DNA of 64,000 nt from contig OY760933.1 in assembly GCA_963664235.1 (NCBI GenBank), forward strand, positions 76,503 through 140,502, given 5' to 3'. How positions within the stretch are numbered: position 1 is the first letter of the stretch; each line of letters begins with the position of its first letter. The position numbers and the translations under genes are program-made. Origin of the DNA: Acidimicrobiales bacterium (GTDB taxonomy: Bacteria > Actinomycetota > Acidimicrobiia > Acidimicrobiales > CATQHL01). Positions 62,766 to 64,000 of this stretch are shown here, piece by piece. Below the pieces are notes generated by a model that worked only from the letters and a program-made list of their open reading frames with translations, was not told the DNA's origin and ran no database searches.

Positions 62766-63052
62766 CTCCTCGATTTAGCGATCCGTATAGCCGTGCTCCC
62801 AGACGCCATCTCGAACGAACCGCTCAGACTGGTCGTCGACTCCGCCGAACGACGCGCCGAGGAACCACGTGTAATCGACACCGGCACCGCCACGACCTGA
62901 AACCACGTCTCACACCTCGCCCCTCGATCATGATGCAACGAGGGAATCCTAAGCATCCCAATGTCCCGCCGCAGAATGGATTCGAGAGGTCTACCAGCGA
63001 CGGGTTTGCGACGCGGTCCGATGGCCTGGGTGTCGGACCGCAGCCGATGTGG

Positions 63053-63062
63053 CACAATTGTG
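63053..63062. promoter_or_regulatory. 10-bp perfect palindrome CACAATTGTG directly upstream of the antitoxin start (candidate operator)
   Basis: It is a perfect palindrome and ends 3 nt before ATG 63066. Confidence 0.35.
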
Positions 63063-63065
63063 GCC

Positions 63066-63332
63066 ATGACAACTGAATCGCTGCGGGTCGTGAGGGATCG
63101 GTTCTCGGAGTTCATCGAGCGGGTGCACGCACACCACGAGCGGGTCGTCGTCACGCGCAACGGCTCGCCGGCCGCCGTGTTGATGAGCCCTGAGGACCTC
63201 GCGTCGCTCGAGGAGACCCTGGCGATCCTCGGCGACAGCGACGCGCTCCGGGAACTCGCCGAGGCGCATCGCGCCCACGCCGAGGGCGACGTGGTGCGCG
63301 GCGTCGACGCTGTCAGGGCGCTCAGGCCTTGA
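63066..63332 (+). CDS. Phd/YefM-family antitoxin
   Basis: Start taken at inner ATG 63066. The 88-aa protein has the typical opening ...LRVVRDRFSEFIERVHAHHERVVVTRNGSPAAVLMSPEDLASLEETL.... Confidence 0.8.
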   Translation: MTTESLRVVRDRFSEFIERVHAHHERVVVTRNGSPAAVLMSPEDLASLEETLAILGDSDALRELAEAHRAHAEGDVVRGVDAVRALRP

Positions 63333-63610
63333 CCGCAGGTGAGCCGTACCAGATCATCGTCGCGTGGCCTGCTGCCAGGACCATCGCAGAAGAACTCCCG
63401 GCATCGGTGGCCGCAGCCGTCGTCGAGTTGATAACCGGGCCCCTGCTGGAGAATCCTCGGCGATTGGGGGTGGCGCTGCGCAACGAGTTGGAAGGACTGT
63501 GGAGCGTCCGCCGCGGCACCTACCGCCTCGTCTACCGGATCGACGATGCCCGGCGTGAGGTCCTCATTCTCCGGGTCGGCCACCGCCGGGACGTCTACCG
63601 GTCCGACTGA
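63329..63610 (+). CDS. RelE/ParE-family toxin
   Basis: TTG 63329 overlaps the antitoxin stop as TTGA. The C-terminus ...LWSVRRGTYRLVYRIDDARREVLILRVGHRRDVYR is typical of RelE/ParE. Confidence 0.75.
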   Translation: MTAGEPYQIIVAWPAARTIAEELPASVAAAVVELITGPLLENPRRLGVALRNELEGLWSVRRGTYRLVYRIDDARREVLILRVGHRRDVYRSD

Positions 63611-63702
63611 GGAAGATCAGACCGCATTACGGCGCACCGACGGGTGCCGAGCCCACCGGCCGGCGATATAGGAGGGTGTCCGCCGATCACGCCTGGGCGG
63701 GG

Positions 63703-64000
63703 CTAGGGCGTGGGCGGCTTCGTGCGGCCTATGCGGGTGTAGGTGTCCTCTGGGATGGCTTCGATGCTCTTGTAGACGGTCCAGGTGCAGGGCTTGGGGT
63801 TCTCGCCGGTGGTGTCGTCGGGAAACAGGGGCGGGTCGACGCGGCGGACCGGGTGGCCCCAGCGCTCGGCGGGGAGCATCTCCAGCGTGAAGCAGCAGTG
63901 GGCGCAGTAGTAGCAGACGCCCTTGCTGTTCCAGGCCCAGTCGTGCTCCTCGGTGGTGACGCCGAAGCGGACGGCCCGCTCCGGGTTGGGTGGTGAATCC
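63703..64000 (-). CDS. Uncharacterized CxxCxxC protein, copy 2 (C-terminal part; the gene continues beyond the window end)
   Basis: It is not in the ORF track because it has no start in the window. Hand translation of the minus strand gives ...NPERAVRFGVTTEEHDWAWNSKGVCYYCAHCCFTLEMLPAERWGHPVRRVDPPLFPDDTTGENPKPCTWTVYKSIEAIPEDTYTRIGRTKPPTP* (TAG at 63703-63705). It aligns with the C-terminus of 33879..35006. Confidence 0.7.
   Translation of the reverse strand, partial: DSPPNPERAVRFGVTTEEHDWAWNSKGVCYYCAHCCFTLEMLPAERWGHPVRRVDPPLFPDDTTGENPKPCTWTVYKSIEAIPEDTYTRIGRTKPPTP

Noticed and set aside
62762-63583. 273-aa minus-strand ORF covering the toxin-antitoxin region
   Set aside because: It overlaps two well-supported plus-strand toxin-antitoxin genes and the intergenic gap. 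The translation is Arg/Ser/Ala-rich and has no motifs.

Overview
The window is very GC-rich and gene-dense, and its gene content looks like a chromosomal segment of an actinobacterium (inference from composition and gene content only). I found no rRNA, tRNA, CRISPR array, intact transposase, integrase or recognisable transcription factor. The ORF track treats GTG and TTG as starts and always takes the longest ORF, so I moved many starts to inner codons using RBS, start/stop overlaps and family N-termini.

Layout:
1. 1-31 kb: a tightly coupled supercluster for CoA-dependent lipid, steroid or terpenoid-type catabolism. It holds a MeaB tail, two atypical P450 paralogs, SDRs, a heme-oxygenase-like protein, two acyl-CoA dehydrogenases, an Ltp-type thiolase with DUF35, two acyl-CoA ligases, a crotonase, a FadH-like reductase, two copies of an uncharacterized internally duplicated protein, tandem LivK-type lipoproteins with LivHMGF, a VOC protein and a KstD-like flavoprotein.
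2. 31-38 kb: glutaminyl cyclase, esterase, Zn-ADH, an unknown Cys-motif protein, an isomerase-like protein, a Rieske ferredoxin and a membrane fatty-acid-hydroxylase-family enzyme.
3. 38-45 kb: a mosaic accessory segment. It holds a DUF4143 ATPase, a precise head-to-tail junction of two gene fragments, a secreted RCC1-repeat protein split by a G8 frameshift, an AT-rich patch, an IS3 transposase scar and a Fic gene.
4. 45-58 kb: a sugar ABC transporter with lactonase, mutarotase and enolase-family dehydratase, and an operon with E1-beta, E1-alpha and a free lipoyl domain.
5. 58-63.7 kb: a decayed defence-type island with a second DUF4143 ATPase, McrC, a broken McrB and a Phd/RelE-type module. 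It is followed by a truncated second copy of the unknown Cys-motif protein.

The most interesting items are the 38-45 kb cassette junction, the homopolymer-switched RCC1 gene, the duplicated-module protein family, the recurrent Cys-motif protein and the Ala/Glu helical stalks on three solute-binding lipoproteins. All family calls rest on motifs read by eye. No database search was run.
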